A stretch of DNA of 64,000 nt from an uncultured virus (IMG/VR IMGVR_UViG_3300008107_000170) (lineage: Duplodnaviria; Heunggongvirae; Uroviricota; Caudoviricetes). The stretch's first letter is position 1. Each line of letters starts with the position of its first letter. A program made the position numbers and the translations under genes. The notes under the pieces were generated by a model. It was not told the DNA's origin. It did no database searches and worked only from the letters and a program-made list of their open reading frames with translations. The DNA lies in IMG/VR virus record IMGVR_UViG_3300008107_000170. One strand, written 5' to 3'. This document shows, one piece after another, positions 1 to 7,212 of the stretch.

Positions 1-5
1 CAAAC

Positions 6-85
6 TTGTTGGGTTGGTTGCCTAGTTGCCTAAAAGCCCTTATAGCGACTGTCGTCGCTAGGCAACTAGGCAACCAACCCAGCAA
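6..85. repeat. Long inverted repeat element A
   Basis: TTGTTGGGTTGGTTGCCTAGTTGCCTA (6-32) pairs with TAGGCAACTAGGCAACCAACCCAGCAA (59-85); inner hairpin TAGCGAC/GTCGCTA. Confidence 0.9.
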
Positions 86-86
86 A

Positions 87-136
87 ACGCAAAAACGCCC
101 CCTAGCAAGCGCTAGGAGGCGTTTTGGCGGGGTTTT
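87..136 (-). terminator. Intrinsic terminator after the DUF932 gene
   Basis: AAAACGCC-CCTAGC...GCTAGG-AGGCGTTTT hairpin flanked by A and T tracts next to the stop codon at 135. Confidence 0.65.
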
Positions 137-1133
137 AGACCAGTGCTAGTGTTGCCGAGAGAATTCGCGCTTTCTCGGCGTTTACAACAGGGTCAAAGCC
201 ACTTGCGGCGGCTACGATAGACTCGCTACCCTTGCGCCCAGTGCGGTAGTAATCAATGCGCTCAGTTAGGGCGTTGAGAGCGCCCCACGCTGTGCCAGTG
301 ATGTTCGCATTGGTAGCGCCATTCTGGTAGAGGTCATAAATCGTGTCTATCTTGTCGTTCCAAACAGTCAGGGCAGACTTGGCAGACCCAACTTCTGGCT
401 CGGCGTAAATAGACTTGACTAACTTGTCGAACTGAATGTCGGTCAAGGTAGTTTCGAACAGGCTTTTCGCCATTGCTTCGAAATTATCCATGTGGGCAAA
501 AGTTAGACCGAGAGTTTCACGGGCTAACTGAATTTTGCCGTCAACGGTGTTGCTGTGGCGAATTTTAAACGATTGCTTAGAACCGTTTAGCGCCATGTTG
601 AGAGTGTTCTGGCACACCACCCGAACAGGTGTGATGTTCGCCTGAACCGCTGTCGAACCGTCGTGGCTAGTGTGAACAAGCAGGTATGAAACCGTCTTGT
701 CGTTAGCGCCCTCTGGGTCTAGCACGAATTCTTTTGGAATTGTGAGAGAACCGAAAACAACCTTGCCATTCTTGATAGAGCCAGCGCTTTCCCAGTCTGC
801 GCCACCGTCAAGCAGAGCGTCGCCGAAATCGAACAGGGTTTCATTCTGGACAACATTGTAGCGGTTGCCGACAATCGCAAGAACATCAGTTCCCTTGTCG
901 AATGGGTTCGTGCGAATTACCATTTGCTGTTGCGTGCTACTGCGGTAGCCCTCTGGAACAGACAATTCCTCTAAGCGAACATTCCAATCGTTGAGGTGTG
1001 CGAGTTCCAACATCTCGGCGGTTGTTATGTGCTGTTCCTTGTCGAACACTTGACCCAACTTGTGCCAAGCAGGTTCGCCCCTAAGAGCGAAAGCGGTGTT
1101 GCCTTGTTCATCTTGTTCTAATGCGTGTGCCAT
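135..1133 (-). CDS. DUF932 / TIGR03299-type phage/plasmid protein
   Basis: Motifs AWHKLG, YNVVQN..LFDF, SHDGS, TPVRVVCQNTL, IRH, GTAWGALNALTE; ATG at 1133 follows a purine-rich RBS. Confidence 0.85.
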   Translation of the reverse strand: MAHALEQDEQGNTAFALRGEPAWHKLGQVFDKEQHITTAEMLELAHLNDWNVRLEELSVPEGYRSSTQQQMVIRTNPFDKGTDVLAIVGNRYNVVQNETLFDFGDALLDGGADWESAGSIKNGKVVFGSLTIPKEFVLDPEGANDKTVSYLLVHTSHDGSTAVQANITPVRVVCQNTLNMALNGSKQSFKIRHSNTVDGKIQLARETLGLTFAHMDNFEAMAKSLFETTLTDIQFDKLVKSIYAEPEVGSAKSALTVWNDKIDTIYDLYQNGATNANITGTAWGALNALTERIDYYRTGRKGSESIVAAASGFDPVVNAEKARILSATLALV

Positions 1134-1197
1134 GTTATCTCTTTTCTGTAAGCGAGAGGGCATCTCTCGATTAGCGTCATCTGCGCTAACAAGTAAA

Positions 1198-1275
1198 ACT
1201 CTACTAATAGACTTGCTAAAACCGACACTTGTAGATGAACAGCAGGTAAACAGTTCTGTTTACCTCTCGTTTACC
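1198..1275 (-). promoter_or_regulatory. Early-type promoter module 1
   Basis: Minus strand AAGTGTCGGTT, TAGAGT -10 box 20 nt from GTGTC, upstream GATGAAC-N4-GGTAAAC-N6-GTTTACC-N4-GTTTACC. Confidence 0.75.
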
Positions 1276-1282
1276 AAACTTG

Positions 1283-1367
1283 CCAACCCAGCAAAAATAA
1301 GCCGATAAACCTAACCGCGAAGCGGTTGGTTTAGAAGGGCTTTTACGGCTTATTTTTGCTGGGTTGG
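1283..1367. repeat. Long inverted repeat element B
   Basis: CCAACCCAGCAAAAATAAGCCG / CGGCTTATTTTTGCTGGGTTGG 22-bp arms; inner GCGAAGC hairpin and AAGGGCTTTTA linker. Confidence 0.9.
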
Positions 1368-1475
1368 GCTTGCCCCAAAAATGAAAAGCCCCACAGCAGA
1401 CAAGAGAAAGGTCTGCTGTGGGGCTTAGGGGAAACCTAGCCCAGAGCATAAGGGGGGGCGCTCTGGGCTAGGGGT

Positions 1476-1682
1476 CTATCGGTTTCGGCGCTCTGCCTGA
1501 ACCTGCTCTACCAACTTCTGCATTACTAACTGCCCTTTGGCTGTGTCGTATTGCTTGTTTAGTGTCGCTTTGATTTTGTCGTTGCGGAACTGATTGCGTA
1601 AATCGTTTAGGCGCTCGTCGCTGTAATCACGAAACATACCTAGCGCCCATTGGTCGAACGCTTGTGCGATTGTCTGGGTCAT
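1476..1682 (-). CDS. Hypothetical protein
   Basis: 68-aa ORF coupled (TAATG) to the upstream gene and followed by two GC hairpins. Confidence 0.75.
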   Translation of the reverse strand: MTQTIAQAFDQWALGMFRDYSDERLNDLRNQFRNDKIKATLNKQYDTAKGQLVMQKLVEQVQAERRNR

Positions 1683-1960
1683 TAGTTGCTCCTTAGATAG
1701 ATGTTTCCAATTGTAGCAACCAAGTCGTCTTTCGCCGATTGGTCTAGTTCTGGCGTGTCGTGAACAACACCGATAATGTGTCCAGCGGCACGCTGTCGCC
1801 CGAACATAAAGGTCAGGTTATCGTTTTCGATAATAGCCCTGCTTAGTTCTTCCTGTTCTTCGCCAGAGTTGCCTGTTTCCTTTTCGGCTTTGACGATTGC
1901 CCAGACTGCGTTGTAGATGTCGTCTCGGGCGCTGTCCATTTGTTCTTGTGTGATAAGCAT
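1682..1960 (-). CDS. Hypothetical protein
   Basis: 92-aa ORF with AAAGGA RBS. Confidence 0.75.
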   Translation of the reverse strand: MLITQEQMDSARDDIYNAVWAIVKAEKETGNSGEEQEELSRAIIENDNLTFMFGRQRAAGHIIGVVHDTPELDQSAKDDLVATIGNIYLRSN

Positions 1961-2015
1961 TGTAATCCTTTGGTTAGGCTAGGGGGCAAGTTGCCCTGCC
2001 CCCTAGCAAGTTTGT

Positions 2016-2165
2016 TTAGAGTTGGTCTAGCGCTCGCATACGGCGCTCGTGTTGCTCGTCAATTTTCTCGGCGCACTCGGCACAGATGTCTAGTTTCTCA
2101 AACTTGACTAGCGGTTCGAAAACATTGACTTCTAGGCACAAATCGCATTTAGGCGTGTCGGTCAT
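2016..2165 (-). CDS. Small zinc-finger-like protein (49 aa, not in ORF track)
   Basis: Translated by hand: MTDTPKCDLCLEVNVFEPLVKFEKLDICAECAEKIDEQHERRMRALDQL; two CxxC; TAATG coupling. Confidence 0.7.
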   Translation of the reverse strand: MTDTPKCDLCLEVNVFEPLVKFEKLDICAECAEKIDEQHERRMRALDQL

Positions 2166-2458
2166 TACTCGCCCGCCTTTACGATTTTGTAGGTGTCGCC
2201 TTTGGCGTTGATTGTTAGCACGCTGTCCAGCGGAATTGAGCGAAACGCTTGCTTTGCCAAATCCCAGACGGGAATTAGTTTCTTTTCCCCGAAATCGTAA
2301 GCGGCTTCACCACCAGCCAACTTGCTCTGGTAGTTGGTTGTTGCGGTCATCTTGCGAACTTCGCCTGTGGTTCTCTTGACGAATTCGATAGTAAAGAACT
2401 TGCCATTTAGGTCGTATAGAAACTGCCCAACTTCATCGGCTTTTAGTGTCTTTTCCAT
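2165..2458 (-). CDS. SH3-fold protein (DUF2693/WYL_2-like)
   Basis: FFTIEFVKRTTGEVRKM ... VWDLAKQAFRSIPLD pattern; ATG 2458 lies downstream of promoter module 2. Confidence 0.7.
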   Translation of the reverse strand: MEKTLKADEVGQFLYDLNGKFFTIEFVKRTTGEVRKMTATTNYQSKLAGGEAAYDFGEKKLIPVWDLAKQAFRSIPLDSVLTINAKGDTYKIVKAGE

Positions 2459-2512
2459 TTGTTGCCCCTGCTCTCTTATTCTCTTTATCAAGCCTGATTG
2501 CCTGATACCTAA

Positions 2513-2568
2513 ACTCTATGCCCAACCAGCGACAAAACCGACACTTGTAAGGTGAACACTAGGTAAAC
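2513..2568 (-). promoter_or_regulatory. Early-type promoter module 2
   Basis: AAGTGTCGGTT, TAGAGT 21 nt from GTGTC, GGTGAAC-N4-GGTAAAC. Confidence 0.75.
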
Positions 2569-2580
2569 GCTAGCCTAACA

Positions 2581-2651
2581 CCAACCCAACAAACAGCCAA
2601 CAGCCGAAAGAGCATAGAAAAAGCGCGGCTGTTGGCTGTTTGTTGGGTTGG
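2581..2651. repeat. Long inverted repeat element C
   Basis: Perfect 26-bp arms CCAACCCAACAAACAGCCAACAGCCG / CGGCTGTTGGCTGTTTGTTGGGTTGG with a 19-nt loop. Confidence 0.92.
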
Positions 2652-2690
2652 GACACGCCCGAGCTTTTACACTCGGGCGTGTCGCAAGTC

Positions 2691-2891
2691 CTAGTCCAGT
2701 TTGTTATCCTGCTCAACCAAGTGGCCAAGGATACTAAACTTGCCCTTGATTCTGGCCGGTATGTCGATTTCCTCAACATCGCCCTCAACTTCTGAGGCCA
2801 GCACCTTCCATTCTTGGTCGGTCAGTTCGCGGCCAATTACTCGCTCAAAGTCGCCGCGAGTCCATACGATTTCGATTCTGTTTTCTAGCAC
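2691..2891 (-). CDS. Hypothetical protein
   Basis: 66 aa, GTG start with GAAAGGA RBS. Confidence 0.7.
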   Translation of the reverse strand: MLENRIEIVWTRGDFERVIGRELTDQEWKVLASEVEGDVEEIDIPARIKGKFSILGHLVEQDNKLD

Positions 2892-2955
2892 GGTAAATCC
2901 TTTCAGGTTTTGGGGGTGGCAGTTTTGGGAAGGTCTGCCAACTTCATCGGGGGAA

Positions 2956-3327
2956 CTATCTGGCTACTACTGCACCAGTTTTGATACCGCTAATAAAGGT
3001 GTTTAGCGTTTCGGCTACTACTTCCAACTGCTCTAAGGTCATCTTAGTAGATAGCAAGTCATAACTTCTGTAATTGCTATCCCCGAACACCCCGTTTAGA
3101 TAGGTGAAAGTAGTTTCTTCAATTTGGAACGAGTGCTGCCCATCGCTATCCGCAAAAATCTTGACGGCGAGGTCTCGGTCAGCGTGAGGTGCTCTTAGTT
3201 TTACATCGCCCTCATCGTCTAGCGGTTCGCTAGAAAAAGTGGTAGAGTGCTCACCCTTGACCCAAGTGTTGCGGTCGCCACAAATCTCAACTTCACTTGT
3301 GGTTTTGATAACTACTGCTTTCGACAT
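2956..3327 (-). CDS. Hypothetical protein
   Basis: 123 aa, directly downstream of promoter module 3. Confidence 0.75.
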   Translation of the reverse strand: MSKAVVIKTTSEVEICGDRNTWVKGEHSTTFSSEPLDDEGDVKLRAPHADRDLAVKIFADSDGQHSFQIEETTFTYLNGVFGDSNYRSYDLLSTKMTLEQLEVVAETLNTFISGIKTGAVVAR

Positions 3328-3376
3328 AATGTCTCTTTCTCTTTTCTAAATCGTAGCCCCGATGGCTACAAGTAAA

Positions 3377-3454
3377 ACAATACTATTAGCCCCGACAAAA
3401 CCGACACTTCTAGGTAAACACTAAGTAAACAATTTTGTTTACCTGCCGTTCACC
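3377..3454 (-). promoter_or_regulatory. Early-type promoter module 3
   Basis: AAGTGTCGGTT, TATTGT 20 nt from GTGTC, GGTAAAC-N4-AGTAAAC-N6-GTTTACC-N4-GTTCACC. Confidence 0.75.
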
Positions 3455-3538
3455 AACCCAACAACAAAGTAAACAACAGGTAAACAGCTATGAGGCAAGC
3501 CGGCTGTTTACCTGTTGTTTACTTTGTTGTTGGGTTGG
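3453..3538. repeat. Long inverted repeat element D
   Basis: Perfect 36-bp arms CCAACCCAACAACAAAGTAAACAACAGGTAAACAGC and its reverse complement; 14-nt loop. Confidence 0.92.
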
Positions 3539-3583
3539 GAGGCTCCCCGCCGGCCAGAGGGGGACTGACCGGCGGGGAAGTTT

Positions 3584-3820
3584 CTAGGCCTGAATTACTC
3601 GGACCGGACCTTCCCAGTCGTGAATCGGCTTGTGAGCCCATTCAAGCGCTTCGTCTTCGGTGGCGAAGTATGGTGCCCATTGGACACGCAACCAACCGCC
3701 AATGTTGACTTCGAGAGTGTATCGAATGCTTGGCTCGCATTCGTGGCCTTCCATAGTTTCAGTTGCTTCAGCGAACATAAGTCCGCAACCTGAGCATTCT
3801 TGGTATCCAATTTGTGGCAC
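3584..3820 (-). CDS. Hypothetical protein with N-terminal CxxC...HxC zinc-finger-like motif
   Basis: ECSGCGLMF...GHEC; GTG start with AGAAGGG RBS. Confidence 0.65.
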   Translation of the reverse strand: MPQIGYQECSGCGLMFAEATETMEGHECEPSIRYTLEVNIGGWLRVQWAPYFATEDEALEWAHKPIHDWEGPVRVIQA

Positions 3821-3887
3821 GGTGTTTCCCTTCTAGTTGTGTGAGTGAGTCAGTTTAACAACTTGACTCAGGTTGTCTAGGGGGGAC

Positions 3888-4328
3888 CTATTCGAACGCT
3901 TGCCTGTCTTCATCAGTAGCAACCCTGATAAAGAACGGAGCAGTGCCTGTGTTCTCATCGTGAGAGTAGCGAGTTGCGCTTAGTTGCCCGAATTTGTCGA
4001 TTCGGAATTCTAAGCGAAAGTCGCCGTTTAGCGATAAGGCGCTGAGTATCTTCTCAGCCTTGATTAGCGCCCTGAAGCCTGTGTGAGTCCAACGCTGAGA
4101 GTCGCAACTAATGTAAACATCAGTTTCTTTATCAGCGTCATTATCGGCTAGCCAGTCTTGGAGATAACTATCCAAGTCATCGGCTTGCCAGTGCCAGCAT
4201 TCGCCTTCTCGACAGTCATCGGCGGGTATCTCATTGCCTTTCTCATCAAGTAAGCCTTCGCCGTCATCATCAACGGCTGAGCAAAGGCAGTCAGTAGTAA
4301 TGCTTGCGCTACTGATTATTTCTTCCAT
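3888..4328 (-). CDS. Hypothetical acidic protein
   Basis: ATG 4328 (MEEII) with AGGGAG RBS; the longer track start overlaps promoter module 4. Confidence 0.75.
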   Translation of the reverse strand: MEEIISSASITTDCLCSAVDDDGEGLLDEKGNEIPADDCREGECWHWQADDLDSYLQDWLADNDADKETDVYISCDSQRWTHTGFRALIKAEKILSALSLNGDFRLEFRIDKFGQLSATRYSHDENTGTAPFFIRVATDEDRQAFE

Positions 4329-4375
4329 GTTGTATCTCCCTAGTTTCTTATCAAGCCCGTTTGCTTGATGTATAA

Positions 4376-4454
4376 AGACTAGGGTATCTCTCTCAATAAC
4401 CGACACTTCTAGGTAAACTCTCGGTTAACAAATGCCGTTATCAAACTGTTATCA
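4376..4454 (-). promoter_or_regulatory. Early-type promoter module 4
   Basis: AAGTGTCGGTT, TAGTCT 20 nt from GTGTC, GGTAAAC-N4-GGTTAAC then GTTATCA-N4-GTTATCA. Confidence 0.75.
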
Positions 4455-4460
4455 ACACGC

Positions 4461-4580
4461 CGCCAACCCAACAACTACTAGGGAAACGAAGTTTCCCAGT
4501 AGTTGTACAATTTGCGAAGCAAATTGGCAAATCGGCAATAGCAAGCGAAGCATAGCTATTGCCGATTTGCTGGGTTGGCG
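4461..4580. repeat. Branched inverted repeat element E (four-way junction)
   Basis: CGCCAACCCA/TGGGTTGGCG closing stem enclosing three hairpins, each with CGAAG in the loop. Confidence 0.85.
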
Positions 4581-4679
4581 CGACACGCCCGGGCGTACGA
4601 CACGCCCGGGAATTTGTTCATCTAAAGTTTACCTAGGCGACACGCCCGGGCGGTTGGGGGGAACCTGCCCGGGCGTGTC
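4581..4679. repeat. CGACACGCCCGGG repeats (three direct, one partial inverted)
   Basis: Copies at 4581, 4598 and 4638; inverted GCCCGGGCGTGTC ending 4679; related GACACGCCCGAG hairpin at 2652-2683. Confidence 0.85.
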
Positions 4680-4694
4680 TATCTAGGGGTCTGG

Positions 4695-4907
4695 CTAGTC
4701 CATAAACCAACTAACCAGTTTGGCAATCTGCTTGGCGAATACCAAGCAGAGAACAGTCATCACGGCGATAGTCCAGAGAACATCAGCGGGTGGTATGTTC
4801 GGTTGGTCTGCCAAAGTTGCTAGCAGACCATAGGCACTCGCATAAATTGCGAGAACGATTGGTGCGGTGATAATTCCAAAGCCTAGACGGCGAATAAAGA
4901 ACTTCAT
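4695..4907 (-). CDS. Small membrane protein (two predicted TM helices)
   Basis: Two hydrophobic segments in 70 aa. Confidence 0.7.
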   Translation of the reverse strand: MKFFIRRLGFGIITAPIVLAIYASAYGLLATLADQPNIPPADVLWTIAVMTVLCLVFAKQIAKLVSWFMD

Positions 4908-5047
4908 TAGTTCGCCACCTTTTCACGCTGAACATTGGCACAGGCGTAGCAGATTGTGCCAATTCGGTCTAAGCACTCCAAGAGCAGAGCGTCAGTGCCA
5001 GAGTGAACGATGTTTTCAGTAGTGCCACAGATAGAACAGATGTTCAT
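4907..5047 (-). CDS. Small zinc-finger-like protein (46 aa, not in ORF track)
   Basis: MNICSICGTTENIVHSGTDALLLECLDRIGTICYACANVQREKVAN; AGGAG RBS; TAATG coupling to the next gene. Confidence 0.7.
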   Translation of the reverse strand: MNICSICGTTENIVHSGTDALLLECLDRIGTICYACANVQREKVAN

Positions 5048-5106
5048 AATTATTACTCCTAGATTAGTGAGAGAGCGGGGGATTGCTCCCCCGCCCGCTC
5101 GGTTGA

Positions 5107-5310
5107 TTATTCGGTTGCGGTGCTAGTTGCTTTGACCATAGCCAAAGCGTCCTGAGTAGCGTGAACTACGCCAGTCTTGTAAGCCAAGTCCCAAACTTCT
5201 CGCAGGCTTACTACTTGATTAGGCGTGAGGTCGTGGCTATCAGCGTATGACTTTACCAAGTCATACATCTCAAAGAACGCTACTTCACTGCGGTTATCTT
5301 TTTGCTCCAT
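5107..5310 (-). CDS. Hypothetical protein
   Basis: 67 aa with AGGGG RBS, downstream of promoter module 5. Confidence 0.7.
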   Translation of the reverse strand: MEQKDNRSEVAFFEMYDLVKSYADSHDLTPNQVVSLREVWDLAYKTGVVHATQDALAMVKATSTATE

Positions 5311-5388
5311 AATGCTCTATCCCCTAAGATAGTTTTGCTAAGTTGTCTTGCTTAGCCAAGTTATCAGGCTTGCTTGCCTGATGTATAA

Positions 5389-5454
5389 AGACTATGCCCT
5401 AAGTGTAAAAAACCGACACTTCGTAGGTTAACAATAGGTAAACTCTCGGTGAAC
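5389..5454 (-). promoter_or_regulatory. Early-type promoter module 5
   Basis: AAGTGTCGGTT, TAGTCT 20 nt from GTGTC, GGTTAAC-N4-GGTAAAC-N4-GGTGAAC. Confidence 0.75.
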
Positions 5455-5572
5455 GGCTAGGGGGGGTAGGGTTAGCCGACTGCCCCAGCCAGCCCCCCGC
5501 CAGGTGTCAGAAACGACCAACGACCATTTTGGCTAGGCAGTAGCCTAAACGGCGGCGTGGTAGACTGGGCCT

Positions 5573-5776
5573 ATGATTATACAACTTAATCCGCCTTTGC
5601 CATTGGACACTCCGAAGGGCTCGGCCTTAGCGCACTTCTTGATTGATATGGGTCCTGAGCACAACATTCAGTGGGTTTGCTTCCAGGATGAAACGGGCGA
5701 GTGCTGGACCTGGCAGAACAGCGACGTTAGGGCCCAGAAGAACGTTACGATGCATCGCTACCCAGCTGGCAAGTAG
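5573..5776 (+). CDS. Hypothetical protein, probably leaderless
   Basis: 67 aa; TAGACT -10 box 6 nt before ATG and no SD. Confidence 0.7.
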   Translation: MIIQLNPPLPLDTPKGSALAHFLIDMGPEHNIQWVCFQDETGECWTWQNSDVRAQKNVTMHRYPAGK

Positions 5777-5957
5777 ATAACGGTTTGGTAACAATTGCTG
5801 CGGCATGCAAATACTGCTTAATATTTAATTAACATAATCAAATATTTAGTTGTAGTAGCGGTGTCTGCTGCGCCCCCAATATGCAGGTTTCTTTAAGTAA
5901 ACAAATGTTGTCAAGTATTCCCAGACTATGTCCTTGTTTTAATCTATAGTAGGAACT

Positions 5958-6281
5958 ATGGAACCTATAACCCCACAGATGAAGCGAAAAGCTTTCGAAG
6001 AGAAACGAGCTAACGAGCGTAAAGCGCTCTATGCCGTTGGACATATCCTTGACGACGCCGATGAAGCCGTTAAAAGAGACCCTGATAACAAAGCGGCTAT
6101 CTACGAAAGGTCTAAGGCAGTTCGCCGCGAGAACCAGCGAGAGATTGACACTGCTTACGCAGTCAAGTCTGGGGCTACCATGGCTGAACTTGCTGAAAAG
6201 GGCAAGGACATCGAGGTAAGCGGAGATGCGCTGCGCCGGGCCAAAACTGGTCAGAAGCCTAAGATTCAGACCACTCTTTAG
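5958..6281 (+). CDS. Hypothetical protein (paralog of 6539-6877)
   Basis: Shares REIDTA.AV..G.TMA.L.E...EVSGDALRRAK with the downstream paralog. Confidence 0.8.
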   Translation: MEPITPQMKRKAFEEKRANERKALYAVGHILDDADEAVKRDPDNKAAIYERSKAVRRENQREIDTAYAVKSGATMAELAEKGKDIEVSGDALRRAKTGQKPKIQTTL

Positions 6282-6290
6282 GAAAGACTA

Positions 6291-6464
6291 ATGGCGGGCC
6301 GCGTCCACGAGTTCCAACTGGGTGTATTTCCACCAAAAATGCCCATTTTTGGAAGCAGAAGAATCAATGATAGAATCTTTACTGGCCCTAGGGGCTCAGT
6401 AATGCGTTACGGTGCATCACCTGCCGCATCTGATGTCGTAAAGAAGCCCTATAATGTGTCTTAA
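6291..6464 (+). CDS. Small basic hypothetical protein (57 aa, not in ORF track)
   Basis: MAGRVHEFQLGVFPPKMP...; AGGAAAG RBS. Confidence 0.5.
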   Translation: MAGRVHEFQLGVFPPKMPIFGSRRINDRIFTGPRGSVMRYGASPAASDVVKKPYNVS

Positions 6465-6538
6465 ATGTGGAAATTGCAGTGCCGAACATGACATACTAGA
6501 AGACGACGACACCGTCGATATTTGGGATAGGAAATAAC

Positions 6539-6877
6539 ATGGAACCAGTAGATAACCAGTTTGGTACCTATCAAGAACGTAAAGACAAGATTTTGTCTAA
6601 CGTACAGGCGGGTGGTGCCGCCTTTAGCGCTCTGTGGAGGAAGCACGGCGTTCAAAGAAAAAACATGTCTCTAAACGCTGAAGTGCGTGCAAAAGCCATC
6701 ATGGATGATAAGCTTGATGAAAACGTTAGAGAAATCGACACCGCTAATGCAGTACTCAGGGGCGACACTATGGCTGACCTTAAGGAAGCCAGCAACATGG
6801 GTATTGACCTCGAGGTAAGCGGAGACGCTCTCCGTAGAGCTAAAAACAATCTTCCACCTAAACTTCACAAGGAGTAA
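6539..6877 (+). CDS. Hypothetical protein (paralog of 5958-6281)
   Basis: Shared C-terminal half; AGGAAA RBS. Confidence 0.8.
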   Translation: MEPVDNQFGTYQERKDKILSNVQAGGAAFSALWRKHGVQRKNMSLNAEVRAKAIMDDKLDENVREIDTANAVLRGDTMADLKEASNMGIDLEVSGDALRRAKNNLPPKLHKE

Positions 6878-6879
6878 AC

Positions 6880-7212
6880 ATGGCTGAAAAGAAAAAGGCG
6901 TTTAAGCCTAAAACCAAGCAGGGCACTACCAAAGACGGCAAGAAGGTCTACGGGCCGTTTAAGGGCTCTGCCAAGAACGGTGGCCGCCCAATCATGTCCG
7001 TAGTGAACGCAGACGGCTCTCGCACTACTATTGATGCTGCTAAGTACAAGTACGAGAAGACTCATGGTAAAGTGCCAAAGGGTAAGGATGTTGACCACAA
7101 GGACAACAACCACAATAATGACAACCCTAAGAACCTCCGCGTTCTAGCTCACGGCAAGAACACCGCCAAAGAGAACAAGCGCCGCGCCGGCAAGAAAGAG
7201 AACGACAAATGA
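6880..7212 (+). CDS. HNH endonuclease-family protein
   Basis: DVDHKDNNHNNDNPKNLRVLAHGKN beta-beta-alpha-Me motif. Confidence 0.8.
   Translation: MAEKKKAFKPKTKQGTTKDGKKVYGPFKGSAKNGGRPIMSVVNADGSRTTIDAAKYKYEKTHGKVPKGKDVDHKDNNHNNDNPKNLRVLAHGKNTAKENKRRAGKKENDK

Noticed and set aside
2581..3538. Long palindromes as integron attC sites (ACCCAAC/GTTGGGT fits RYYYAAC/GTTRRRY)
   Set aside because: The arms of C and D are perfect with no extrahelical bases, other copies break the core (CAGC), and no integron integrase is in the window
1198..5454. Repeated AACCGACACTT motif as a CRISPR array
   Set aside because: Copies are about 1 kb apart with genes between them, have fixed spacing to -10 boxes, and no cas genes are present
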